Below are positions 35,010 to 46,040 of a DNA stretch of 64,000 nt, in pieces. How positions within the stretch are numbered: position 1 is the stretch's first letter; each line of letters starts with the position of its first letter. A program made the translations under genes and the position numbers. The notes under the pieces are model-generated. The model ran no database searches. It had not been told where the DNA came from and saw nothing but the letters and a program-made list of their open reading frames with translations. Source of the DNA: Camelus dromedarius (lineage: Eukaryota); NCBI RefSeq assembly GCF_036321535.1, contig NC_087437.1, positions 52,702,001-52,766,000 of the forward strand, read 5' to 3'.

Positions 35010-35995
35010 TATTTTCTATTTTCTGTATTAATTTTGTATCCTGCAACTTTGTTGAATCCATTTATTCTAACAGTTTTTTTGGTGGAGTCTTTAGAGTTTT
35101 CTATATATAGTATTATGTCATCTGAAAATAGAGACAGTTTACTTCTCAATTTCTGATTTGAATGCCTTTTATTTCTTTTTATTGCCTAATTGCTCTGGCT
35201 AGGACTCTAAATACTATGTTGAATATAGGTGATGAGAGTGGGCATCTTTGTCGTTATCTTAGAGGAAAAGCTCTGTCTTTTATCATTGAATATGTTTACT
35301 GTGGGCTTGTCATACATGGCCTTTATTATGTTGAGAAATATTTCCTCTCTACCCACTTTTTTGTGTTTTTATCATAAATAGGTGTTGAATTTTGTCAAAT
35401 GTTTTTTCTGCATCTATTGAGATAATCATATTATTTTTATCCTTCATTTTGTTAATGTGGTGCATCACACTGATTGATTTGTGATTGTTGAACCATCCTT
35501 GCTTCCCAGATTTAAGTATCACTTGATCATGGTGTATGATTCTTTCAGTGTATTGTTGAATTCAGTTTGCTAATATTTTGTTGAGGATTTTTGCATCTAT
35601 GTTCATCAGGAATACTGGCCTGTTTTCTATTTCCTATGGAAAAGTTTTCCTTAGTTTTCTACAGTGTCATGTCTGGTTTTAATATCAGGGTAATGCTGGC
35701 CTTGTAGAATGAATTTGGAACTTTTCCTTCTTCTTATATTTTTTGGAATAGTTTGAGAAGCATTGGTATTAATTATTCTTTAAATGTTTGGTAAAATTCA
35801 CCAGTAAGGTCATCTGGTCCTGGATTTTTGTTTCTTGAAAGTTTTTTGATTACTGAGCAGTCTCTTTACTAGTAATTGGTCTGTTCAGATTTTCTGTTTC
35901 TTCATGTTTCAGTCTTGGTAACTTGTGTGTTTCTAGGAATTTATCCATTTATTCCAGATTATCCAATTTGTTGGTGTGTAGTTGTTCATAATAAT
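35010..35995 (-). mobile_element. L1 ORF2 (RT-region) fragment
   Basis: ttttgtatcctgcaactttgttgaat...ttttttctgcatctattgagataatcat...ttgttgaggatttttgcatctatgttcatcagg. Confidence 0.92.
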
Positions 35996-36009
35996 TATGA
36001 ATAACAATT

Positions 36010-36600
36010 AAATACTAAAATTTTTAACCCAGAATTATAATTCAGCAAAAATAGCCTTTAATGAAAATAAAAGCCTGACTTTTCCAGATTTAAAAATGCT
36101 AACATACTTACCAGCATGACTACACTACTAGAAATGCTAAAGTTCTTTAGGCTGGAGGGAAATGATACTAAGCTGGAAACTCATCTTTGGGAAGGTATGA
36201 AGAACATTAAAAATGGTAAATATCTAGATAAATAATAAAAGACAATTTTTTGCTCTTAATTTCTTCAAAATAAATAAGAGTGTTCAAAACAAAATCATAA
36301 CGATCTCTAGTGGGATTTAGAATGTATATAGAAGTTATACATATGACAAGTATTATATAAAGTATGGTGGGGATGGATAAGCAAATGGACCTATGTGGTT
36401 TCAATTCTATTTTTTATATAAAGTGGTACAGTATAAACTCTAAATTAGACTGTGAAAACTTAAGGATGCCTTTTGTAACCCATAGAACAAACACTAATAA
36501 ATAATGCAGAAAATATAGCAAAAAAGGTCAATAGGTAAAAAGTATTCAAATGTCTGAAAGAAAAGGAGAAACAGGAGACATCAAACTGAAGGAATTAACA
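36010..36600 (+). mobile_element. L1 ORF1 end/inter-ORF remnant (probable continuation of 33860-34990)
   Basis: aacccagaattataattcagcaaaaata...cactactagaaatgctaaag...ggctggagggaaatgatac. Confidence 0.65.
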
Positions 36601-36609
36601 AAAAGTAGA

Positions 36610-37075
36610 CCCTTCAGTGGTCTGCCATTGCCCCAGCACAAAACCCATGAGGGCTTGGTGACCTGGACCAACTTGGCCAGACTCATTTCTCCAGCCCACT
36701 AGCAGTCTCTGTATTAAGCTTTCTCCTCTTACCTCCACACTTCTCCTCCTGTCATGTCCCTCTCTTGACATCTGCCTGCGACACCTTTCCTGCAGTCTTT
36801 CACCATGCTAACTCCTCATTCTTCAGGTCTCAGCAAGGTGGCTTCCTTCAGAAAGCCTGTGTGGAGAAGAACACCGCACCCCAAACATCCTTCATTAATT
36901 CATTCATCTAGCTTCTCTGAAATTTCTGGCCCATTGCTTCTGTTTCCCTGGACTGAGCTCCATGAGGGCAGGGACATGGCCTGTTCTGTTCACCATTCTG
37001 TGCCATGGCCTGGCTCAGAGCTCAGCAGATAGTAAATGCTCAGTAAATGTTTGGCGAGTGACTAAATGAATGAGT
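36610..37075 (+). mobile_element. L2 3' region
   Basis: gactgagctccatgagggcagggac...gtaaatgctcagtaaatgtttggcgagtgactaaatgaatga. Confidence 0.8.
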
Positions 37076-37486
37076 AGAGGAGGAAGATACTGATTTTTCT
37101 GCGAGGGAGAGAGCATCTATGCTGAGGAGATACTGTCACAAAAAATAGCAACAAGGGGAGCTGAGGGAACAAGCCTGTTAGAAGCACTGAAGCAGCGAGT
37201 GCTGGCGTGAAAGGAGACCAGGGTGTATTACTGAACGGAAAAAGCACAGAACAGTGTGGGGAGTATGCTGCCATTTGTGTGATACCGGCATAGTGTACTT
37301 CTTGAAGGATGTGTAAGAAGTTTGTAATAGTGAGTTTCATTGTGGATGAAGGAAAATCTTTTCAGTTTGTATAGTGTTCATGTATTGCTCACAAAATCAA
37401 AAACAAAAAATAGATTATGGCATAAAGACTTTATGTCTAGTATGTGTGTAGTACTAGTCACATTTGGGGAAAAAAATCTATATGCC

Positions 37487-37951
37487 TGTGTTGGAATTCT
37501 CTAGAGAATTAGAACCAATAGAGAGAAAAAGAGAGAGAGAGTATGTGTGTGTATGTGTGTAAAGAGAATTATTATAAGGAATTGGTTCATGCAATTATGG
37601 AGGCTGACAAGTCCCAAGATGTGCAGAGTAAGTTGGCAAGCTGGAGACCCAGGAAGAACCCAGTTTCAGTTTGAGTCTGAAGGCAGGAAAAAGCCAATGT
37701 CTTAGTTCGAAGGCAGTCAGGCAAAAGGGATTCTCTCCCTCACTTAGGGTAGGGTCTGCCTTTTTGTTCTATTCAGGCCTTCAACAGATTAGATGAGGCC
37801 AACCCATGTTAGAGAGAGCAATCTGCTTTCCTCTGTTGACCAACTGAAATGCTAATCTCATCCGAGCCCATGAACACTCAGAATAATGTTTGAGCAAATA
37901 TCTGGGTAGTAAATGGCCCAGTCAAGTTGACACATAAAATTGACCATCACA
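37487..37951 (-). mobile_element. MLT2 (ERVL) solo LTR
   Basis: Ends ...gtcaagttgacacataaaattgaccatcaca (reverse of the MLT2 start). Internal ttattataaggaattggttcatgcaattatggaggctgacaagtcccaagat. 5-bp TSD-like flanks atgcc/atgtc. Confidence 0.92.
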
Positions 37952-38360
37952 ATGTCCTACAGTAGGTTAATGGAATATGAGGTAGCAATTAGAGTGTCAG
38001 TTTTGAAAGCTAGGGAAAGTGAGTATGGTAGGAAGCTAAGTGGAAAAATAAAACACAGAATACTAGATTGTACCTACAATCGCAACTGTAGTAAATGTGC
38101 ACACATGTATAAAAAAAATGGAAGCAAATAAGAAGAAATAAAAATAGCTTTTGTGCTAAACTGGTGAGATTATGGGAAAGAATTTCTCTTACATTTTTCC
38201 TTTAAATTTTTAATAGCATAATTGTTAAAAATTCAAGAAACCAGAAATCCTAGGTGTAGCAATTTAGCGGTTAACAGGAGAAAGGAACAGTAATAAGAAA
38301 CAGTGCCTGACACATTGTCTGTAGTCAGTCACTAATGAATAAATGAATAATGGCTACCAC

Positions 38361-38806
38361 TGTCTTCAGTCTGGTTCCCCAGAAGCAGACCATGAGACAA
38401 GGATTTGACTGCCAAGCAGTTTGTTTGGGAAGTGGTCACTGGGAGGGGCATAGGGAAGTCAGGCTGAGAAGGAAAAGAAGCCAATACAGGGTGCTTTCAT
38501 GAGAGGGAACAACTGAGTCACAATCCATTGGAGACCCCTAGGAGAATATGTAAAATAGGCTTCAGTTTGTCTCACTCAGGGAGCAAGAAAGAAGGAGTTT
38601 TAATCTACCAACTTCCACTCATCGTTTGTTAAAAGGGCTACTTCTGGGGGCATTAACTTCTTGGTATTTCCAGCCTGGCCCAAGCAAGAGTTGGCAAGGG
38701 AAAGCCCTCAGGCAGAGTCACAGGTGCTTGCAGTGAGAAGCTGTTGGTTGCATGGGAACAATAAGTGCTGAGGGAACACGGGTGGGGCACTGACAACATC
38801 TGCAAA
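38361..38806 (-). mobile_element. LTR16-family (ERVL) solo LTR
   Basis: tgtcttcagtctggttccccagaagcagaccatgagacaaggatttga ... gggtggggcactgacaacatctgc. Confidence 0.75.
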
Positions 38807-38809
38807 GTT

Positions 38810-38990
38810 CACTATTGTTGAATACCTACGATGATTCAGGCACTTAGAGAACATTTTCTTTAACCCCCACAACAATTTTACATAGTGATTATTCTTCCAT
38901 GTTTCAGATGAAGAACCTGAAGCTCAGAGAGGTTGTGACTTACAGTCATGCAGGGCAAGATACAGAATGAAGTACTTGAACTGTATGCCT
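38810..38990 (-). mobile_element. MIR SINE
   Basis: ccatgtttcagatgaagaacctgaagctcagagaggtt. Confidence 0.75.
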
Positions 38991-39678
38991 AAGATTTTTT
39001 TTTTCACGTCCTCTTGTTACCTCCCAATAAACTCAGCACTGGAAACTTCCTAGATAAACTCACCAAAAAAGTAAAAAAAGTGACATTTCAAAGGTAACAG
39101 TTCCCTAGGGTTAGCTTCAAGACAGCACCATTATCTAGTGTCAGTTGTGCCAACAACAAGTATTGCAATCTCTAAGAGAAAGAGAAAGTCAGCATGGGAA
39201 AGAGGGCATCTCCCATGGCAGGAGCACCAGTACCAGCTAAGACTCAGGCCACTGTCAACAAGCCCACACTTACCACTTTCTGAGAGATTCAAGAAGAAAC
39301 CATGATTCCAGAAGGAATTTATAGGTGTTATTAGAAAAGCAAACCTGTCTTTGTCACTCCCTTCCTCAGAATCCTTCAGTGACTTTCAGTTGCTCTCAGT
39401 ATTATTCTTTTTGTAGAGCATACACGTGCTTTTAAGATTTGGCCCTGCCAAATTCTCCATGCTCATCTTCTACCACTCACTCACAGCCGTATAAAACCAC
39501 TTGTAGTCCTCAAACTAGCCCAGCTCTCTCACACCCCTGCAAGGGGTGTTCCTACAACCCAGAACTCTCTTTTGTTCTCTTTTCCACCTGGCTAATTTCT
39601 ACTCATTATTCAAGGCTTAATCACTAGCTATTATAGTGAATTTTTTCAGTGTTTTTTAAAAAAAGTACCCCCGAGTGA

Positions 39679-39681
39679 GAT

Positions 39682-39728
<47 letters not shown>

Positions 39729-39754
39729 TAGATATAGATATATAGATATATAGA
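39679..39754. repeat. Compound (GATA)n/(GATATA)n microsatellite
   Basis: Direct reading. Confidence 0.95.
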
Positions 39755-40581
39755 CATCCTATAAACATCCCATACCAACCTTGCCCTGAGACTATTTGCC
39801 TTTGGGAGTTGCTGATATAAAGAATATATAATGTATTTGCTGGATATCTCTACCATCTGGAGTGCATTTATATTTACCTCTTGAGTTTGAACTATGAAAA
39901 CAAAGTTTTTTCACTTTTCCAAATATAAAGTATAATAATATTGAATATATTTTTTCAGCCTTTTCTCTTCAATTCAGTGATTCCTCCCAGCACCTTCTGT
40001 ACTCCCTCCACCCACTGCAAGATGCGAATTACTATTCTATGGGAAATTTTTCAAGCCACCTAAGCTAGGTGGCACTTGTCTGTTCACAAAGTTTCTTATG
40101 TATACACCTTTGTATTAACACTTTCACACCATTTTGAAAATGTTGGTTTTAATTGTTTGTTTTTCACTGAGTCCTGTATTTAAAGGGAATAAATGTCTAT
40201 TGTGGCTCCACCAAGTTCCAGCCACTGTCTTAGTTATGTGTGTAGTATTACCATCCTCAGGAGGAAAAGAGGGCAGGAGCTATACAATTTATCAAGTAAA
40301 GTTCTAACTAGTAAGTGACAAAGCTGCAATTCTACATGCTGTCTGCCTGACATCAGAGTTTGTTCTAAAGTGCATTTCCTGTTAGAGGCGAAGCTGTGTC
40401 TGAGCTCTATATCCATGTACTCGGCACAGTGCCTGAAACAAGTAATCCTATAGTATTTGGGGAGTGAACATACAAGCCAAAGACATCAAGAAAAGTAATA
40501 AAAATCTGAATGGGGATGTCACTGAGCAAATAAGTGATTGAGAAAAAAGACCAATCTAGAAACCTAAATCTCAGGGCATTT

Positions 40582-40613
40582 ACACACACACACACACACA
40601 CACCCACACACAC
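40582..40613. repeat. (CA)n microsatellite, interrupted
   Basis: Direct reading. Confidence 0.9.
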
Positions 40614-41009
40614 AAAAGAACAAAACAAAACCAAAAACAACACAAGAAAAACTGAAAGACCTAGAACATAGATTAAAAAGATTTAAGTGAAAACAATAGG
40701 GAGTCTATAGGAAATAGAGAAGGCGAACAATATGGAAATCATCATCAGGGAAGAAGTTAAAAAATGTAGCTAAATAGAAAAATACTATGGCATTCTGTGT
40801 GTAATTATTTGTGTACTCTCTTTCTTTTGAGTTAGCTCCATGAGGGTAGGAATTTTTTCTCTCTTGTTTCTCATATTTTCAGTGCTTAACACAATGCCTA
40901 ATGGAAGGTTGGTGCTCAGTCAATGTACTGCTGAATGAATAAAAGAAAGCTGAGCATGGATAATGAGAAGACATAAAAAGCCCATTCAGAAATCATCAAA
41001 GACAGATAT

Positions 41010-41470
41010 TTCTGGTGGATCTGAAACATTGCCCCAAAAGGTGGAGTTTATGCTCTTTAATCTGGAGAAGGTGTGTGAGTCCTTGAATCTCAGAGTGTGA
41101 CAGAATGATGCTGTGTAACTTCTAAGGCTAGGTCAAGAAACGGACACAGCTTCACATGGTTATCCTAGAATGTTGCTCCCTCTCAGAACCCAGTCATCAC
41201 ACTGTACTACATGGAGAGGTCACATCTAATCACTCCAGCTGACAGGTCCCACTGAGCCCTGCCTCAGGTCACCCCAGCCAGGCACCAGACATATGAGTGC
41301 AGAAGCCCGCAGATGATTTGTCTTCCAGCAACATGAGTCTCCTCTCAGCAAGGCCCCAGGCATTGTGGAGAAGACACAAGCGAACTCCACTTGGCTGTCT
41401 CTGAATTACTGACCCACAGAATCCATAAACATTATAAATGATTGCAGTTTCATGCAGCAATAGAATAATC
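41010..41470 (+). mobile_element. MaLR LTR (MLT1H-like)
   Basis: aacttctaaggctaggtcaagaaa...agaacccagtcatcac...tctgaattactgacccacagaatcc. Confidence 0.8.
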
Positions 41471-42849
41471 AGAAAAATATCCATCCACACCTTTTCAAGA
41501 TATCTTTGTCAGGTGTTTAAATTTTAAAAAACAAAGACAGAATTTTATGAGTTGCAATTAGAAAATGAGAAATAAGTTTTAGAGACCTAACAATAAGAAT
41601 GACTTTAAGACCTGTCCCTGAGATGTTGATTAAAGGAGATCTAACAGAACTGAGTTATTGCCTAGCCATATTGGCTTTCCTATTTGAAGGAAGAAGAAAA
41701 CCATGTCATGGTCTACAAAATCACCCACATTTAGAATTTCCATCATATCCCTGAACTGTAAAGATCTGAAAGAGCAGTGAAAATCCAAAGCACACACATG
41801 AAGAATAAAGACAAAGATACAGAGACCCAAAAGTTAACTGAATTTAAACATTATACAGAGTGTGGGGGGAGACTTTAATACTGTAAATATAACCCAGCCT
41901 AGGGCACTGTTTTTCAAATTGCAGGCCACAATCCATTAGTAGGTCATGAAATCAAGTTAATGGCTCTCAACCAGCTTTTTATTTTTAAATGAAATAGGAT
42001 ATACTAGAATATAATGAAATAGAAAACGCCGGAGTTCATCATAAGGACACTTGGAAAAACTGTACATATTGCACCAATCTTCTGCCCAACTGCAGTAAAT
42101 GGAGATAGAAAGAGGGATGTGATAATATATGAACTGATAAGAACTGGGTCATTTGCTCTCTGGTTCCATGGTATATGATGATTTGACTATTGTCATAATG
42201 GGAGGATTAACATAGTATGGGTGCAGCTAAGGTTGAAGCAAAGTTTAGTATAATTTTTGCTATTGGCAAAATTGTTGCTATCTTCTAGTGAATTTTAGAT
42301 AAAAAATGTATGTGTTTTTCAGGAAAAGGTATTATTATCAATGCAACATATTTTGAGTTTGTAACAATTGTAACATTTTAATTGACCTTGTACAAAATGC
42401 TTTAAAATTGATTATTTAATAGTAAAAAATGACGAAGTGAAAAACATAGAGGCAAGCTCAAGTTTAACTACTGGACGCTGGACATAATGGTTAATGGATC
42501 AGGATTACGTGCAGCTCTGTTAAGAATTGCACTAGTTTTTCTATAATCACCCACATCATCAGAGTTGGAGGCTTGGAGTTGGTGAGGGATCAACATAGGT
42601 TCCTGTGAGAGACAGACAAGGATTCCAGCTTGGTTTTGGTCTTCCTAATGGTCAGCCTCCCTAACTTCAGGGCCAGTAGCAGATGCAGGGCAACTGATTT
42701 ACACAGAGTGCTTAACCAGCTCTTCCAATTATGTCAGGTCTAAGTCCTATAATAAATCCCTTATGTCACTCAAAGTGTTTTGCTCTCCTGATTAAACTGT
42801 AAGAAATATCCCTCTCCTGTTTTTTTCTTTTCTTTTTTTCCTAGCAACT

Positions 42850-44440
42850 CATTTATTTGCAGAGTTTTCCATGGTCTGGATTTTGGATTTTGTTGACTTA
42901 TTTAATGTTGTTTCCCATGTTCTTCTGTCCCCTTCGTTTCCTGTAAATTGGCAGTTAGATCTGGAGGCTTGATCAGACTGAGGTTCAGTTTTTATAAGGG
43001 GAGGGGCAAGATGTAAATAGCAGTTGTGTATTTCGATCTGGAGGTTTATAATATCTGATGTCTCTCTTTATGTGATGTTAGCAGTCATGGGTGATCAGTA
43101 CCAAGATACATTACATCACATTGTTTGCAAAATGGCAGTATTATATCATTCTTCTTCATTTGTTAGCTGGAATATGTCTATAAAGAAACTTCTTACCAAC
43201 TGTTTGTTTACTCTGAGGAAAAGTGGGATAAATGCTTTTTTAACCCCTCTTTTAATTACCAGATTTCAAAATAATGATTTGGTGCCCTAGCATCTTCCAA
43301 AGGTGACCAGTAAGTTGTTTTTTTAAAGGATTATTATGAACTCATGAACATATTTGAGGTATTTCAAATAATTGTATGTATTATTCTCATGGACATTTTT
43401 GAGCAATTGGGCAGTTGTCTCATTTTTGGGCAGTGGATGCCTTTGATGGCTTTCTGATTTCCTGACATGTTTGAGGCTCAATTTGCATATTTCCTGCTCC
43501 AGATATGGAATCATCCATCTCTCCAAAAAGCTCTGGTTTCTTTAAGTGTGAAATAGATTTTGGATACCACAGTCTGGGCAGGGTACTCACTGATACTTGA
43601 TTGGGCCTTGTATTTAGGTCTTTTCTATGGGTATAGGTAGGAAATACTTTAAAAAAAAAAATAAAATACATCATGAGTTTATAGTGATACTTCCAATTCA
43701 AAATTCAGGACTACAGGATTTTTATGTAACCTCATCTACCCTAATTTATTTCTCCTTTTGTCTCATACTATAAAACCAATATAATCACTGTTTTGCTTTA
43801 TCCCTCAACACATGCAAAACATTCTTACTCCCTTAGAAATAACTACTGACACTAACACAATTACTATTACTGAAAACAATACAATTACTATTACTGAAAA
43901 TAATACTATTACTGTTACTGAAAACAGTTTTTCTTTTGTTTTCTTTCTTTTGTCCTTAGGATATATCCCACTAAGCATATACGCTCAAATTACAGTGTCT
44001 GAAATTCATCTGAAATAATTCATATTTGTGTGGTTATGCCACAAACTCAATATACAGTTAGGTTTATTTATTTCATTTTGCTTTTTATTTTTAGGGATTG
44101 CTTTTTTGAATTACATATTTCTAATTATGTAAAAAGTGTATGTGATCCCATAGTCAAATGAATCAAACAAGATATATTCAGAAAGATTTAGCTTCTATCC
44201 CTTTTTCCTCTATCTTTTCCTTCTCTCTAGAATATCATGCACACTTTATTTGGTTGCTTTTTTCATTTACTAATACGTCCTGGGTATTACTCTGTAGTAG
44301 TATGTAAATGTAGTCCTCATTTATTCTGGCATTTGCGTGATATCCCATTGTATCTATATAGTAGAGTTAATTGCACCAGTTCCCTCTTAATGGATATCTG
44401 GGTTATTTCTATTATTGTTATTATAATTTTGTTATTATAA
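42850..44440 (-). mobile_element. L1MC-type 3' region
   Basis: gttagatctggaggcttgatcaga; ccagatatggaatcatccatctctccaaaaagctctggtttc; ttccaattcaaaattcaggactacagg. Confidence 0.75.
43857..43928. repeat. 24-bp minisatellite, 3 copies
   Basis: acaattactattactgaaaacaat / acaattactattactgaaaataat / actattactgttactgaaaacagt. Confidence 0.9.
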
Positions 44441-45499
44441 ATAATTAAAGAACTGACCTTTGGAAATATTTTGATTAAATAGTCAGACTACCCATACCCA
44501 AGTTTGTTCGTTGTCTTCTGTACTAATTAGTACGAAAGTACTAATCGGGTTGTATGAATCTAGAAATGAGATTCACACTTTTCAAGTCCCAATCTTTCCT
44601 AATTTTTATAGTATTTATTTGGCACTCCTGTATATTGTATTTAAATATTAAGAATAATTAACATAAACTTCGTTATATATACTTTTTCCTTATCATCAGC
44701 AAGAATATGTGAAATTTTTGTTTCTTATATATATTTGTATTAGGTCACAGTGTTAAAATGTATTTCTTACTATGAATCAGAGTCAAAAGGCACACAATCA
44801 GAAGAGGGTGAATTATTGATAATTGATGGTTTTAAAAAAATTCCTCAACCCCATTTTTCTAAAGCTAGAGGCACCAACCTTCCCGCTGCAAGAGGTCTTG
44901 TCCTCCGCTCTGGCTCCAGGCTGAGTGTGCTGATGTGAGCCCTTCCAGTCTGGTGCACTTCTCCCTAGTTCATGCTGTGATAGCCTGGATGTTGCAGCCT
45001 CTTGACATCACTACTCTTGTCACTTATGTCATCTCTGTAGCTGATGAAGACAAGGAGGCCCTGGCCCTGTCCCATAAGGTTTAAAACCTTTTAAAGGGAC
45101 AGTAAGACTCCACAGTCTCACTCTTTTGTTTCTTTCAGCATGCTGATGGTTACAACTCTAATAAAACCATTCACCTCTCTCACTCTTAAACATATTCTTT
45201 GTCAAAGACATTCTCCACTCACTATTGCTCTATCTTTTTCTTGTCCTTCACAGCCAAATGTTTCTGTCTCCACCTTGTCACACCCCATACCTTTTTTTTT
45301 CCTTTTTCAGTTTTATGAGGTAGAATTGTTACAGTTTGACTGCACATATGCAATCTATTGCATGTAAATACATATACACAATATACTGCCTATTTAAAAA
45401 TTTTACATATATGTACTCTTCATTGTTTCCAAGAATGTTTAGAGCTTTAGCTTTTTAAACTTACATAGTTATCAAAGGAATAAAGCCAACCACAAAATA

Positions 45500-46040
45500 A
45501 GAACTAATTAAAAAAGATACATATGCCCACTATTAACAGCAACATTCTTTATAATTGCCAAGATATGGAAGCACCCTACGTGCACATCAACAGATGAATG
45601 GAAAAAGAAGATGCAGCGTATATATGTAATGGAATACACCTCACCCATAAGAAAAGGATATTTTACCATTTCCAGCCCTTTGTTCACTTTTTTTTTCTTT
45701 TCACTTCAAGAATCAGAATGTGATAACTGGCATAAACATTTCCACTGCATCAAAAACAACAAAATACCTAGAAATAAACTTAACCAAGGAGGTTACCTAT
45801 ACTCTGAAAACTGTAAAACACTGATGAAGGAAACTGAATGTGATACAAAGAAATGGAAAGATATCTTGTGGTCTTGGATTGGAAGAATCAAAATGATCAA
45901 AATGGCTGTACTACCCAAAGCAATCTACAGATCCAATGCAACCCCTGTCAAAATACTCATGATGTTTTTCACAGAACTAGAACAAACAATTCCAAAATTT
46001 ATATGAGACCATAAAAGACCCCAAACTGCCAAAGCAATCT
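45500..46040 (+). mobile_element. Two out-of-order L1 ORF2 fragments
   Basis: ORF2 C-terminal piece (aattgccaagatatggaagcaccc, ~45500-45680), then a mid-ORF2 piece translating KKWKDILWSWIGRIKMIKMAVLPKAIYRSNATPVKI..FFTELEQTIPKFI. Confidence 0.9.

Noticed and set aside
41900..42520. Possible hAT transposase remnant after a MER-like end
   Set aside because: No readable transposase motif found by eye, so it cannot be supported without a profile search.
45611..46006. 131-aa ORF with reverse-transcriptase-family similarity
   Set aside because: Chimeric, truncated L1 ORF2 remnant, not a functional gene.
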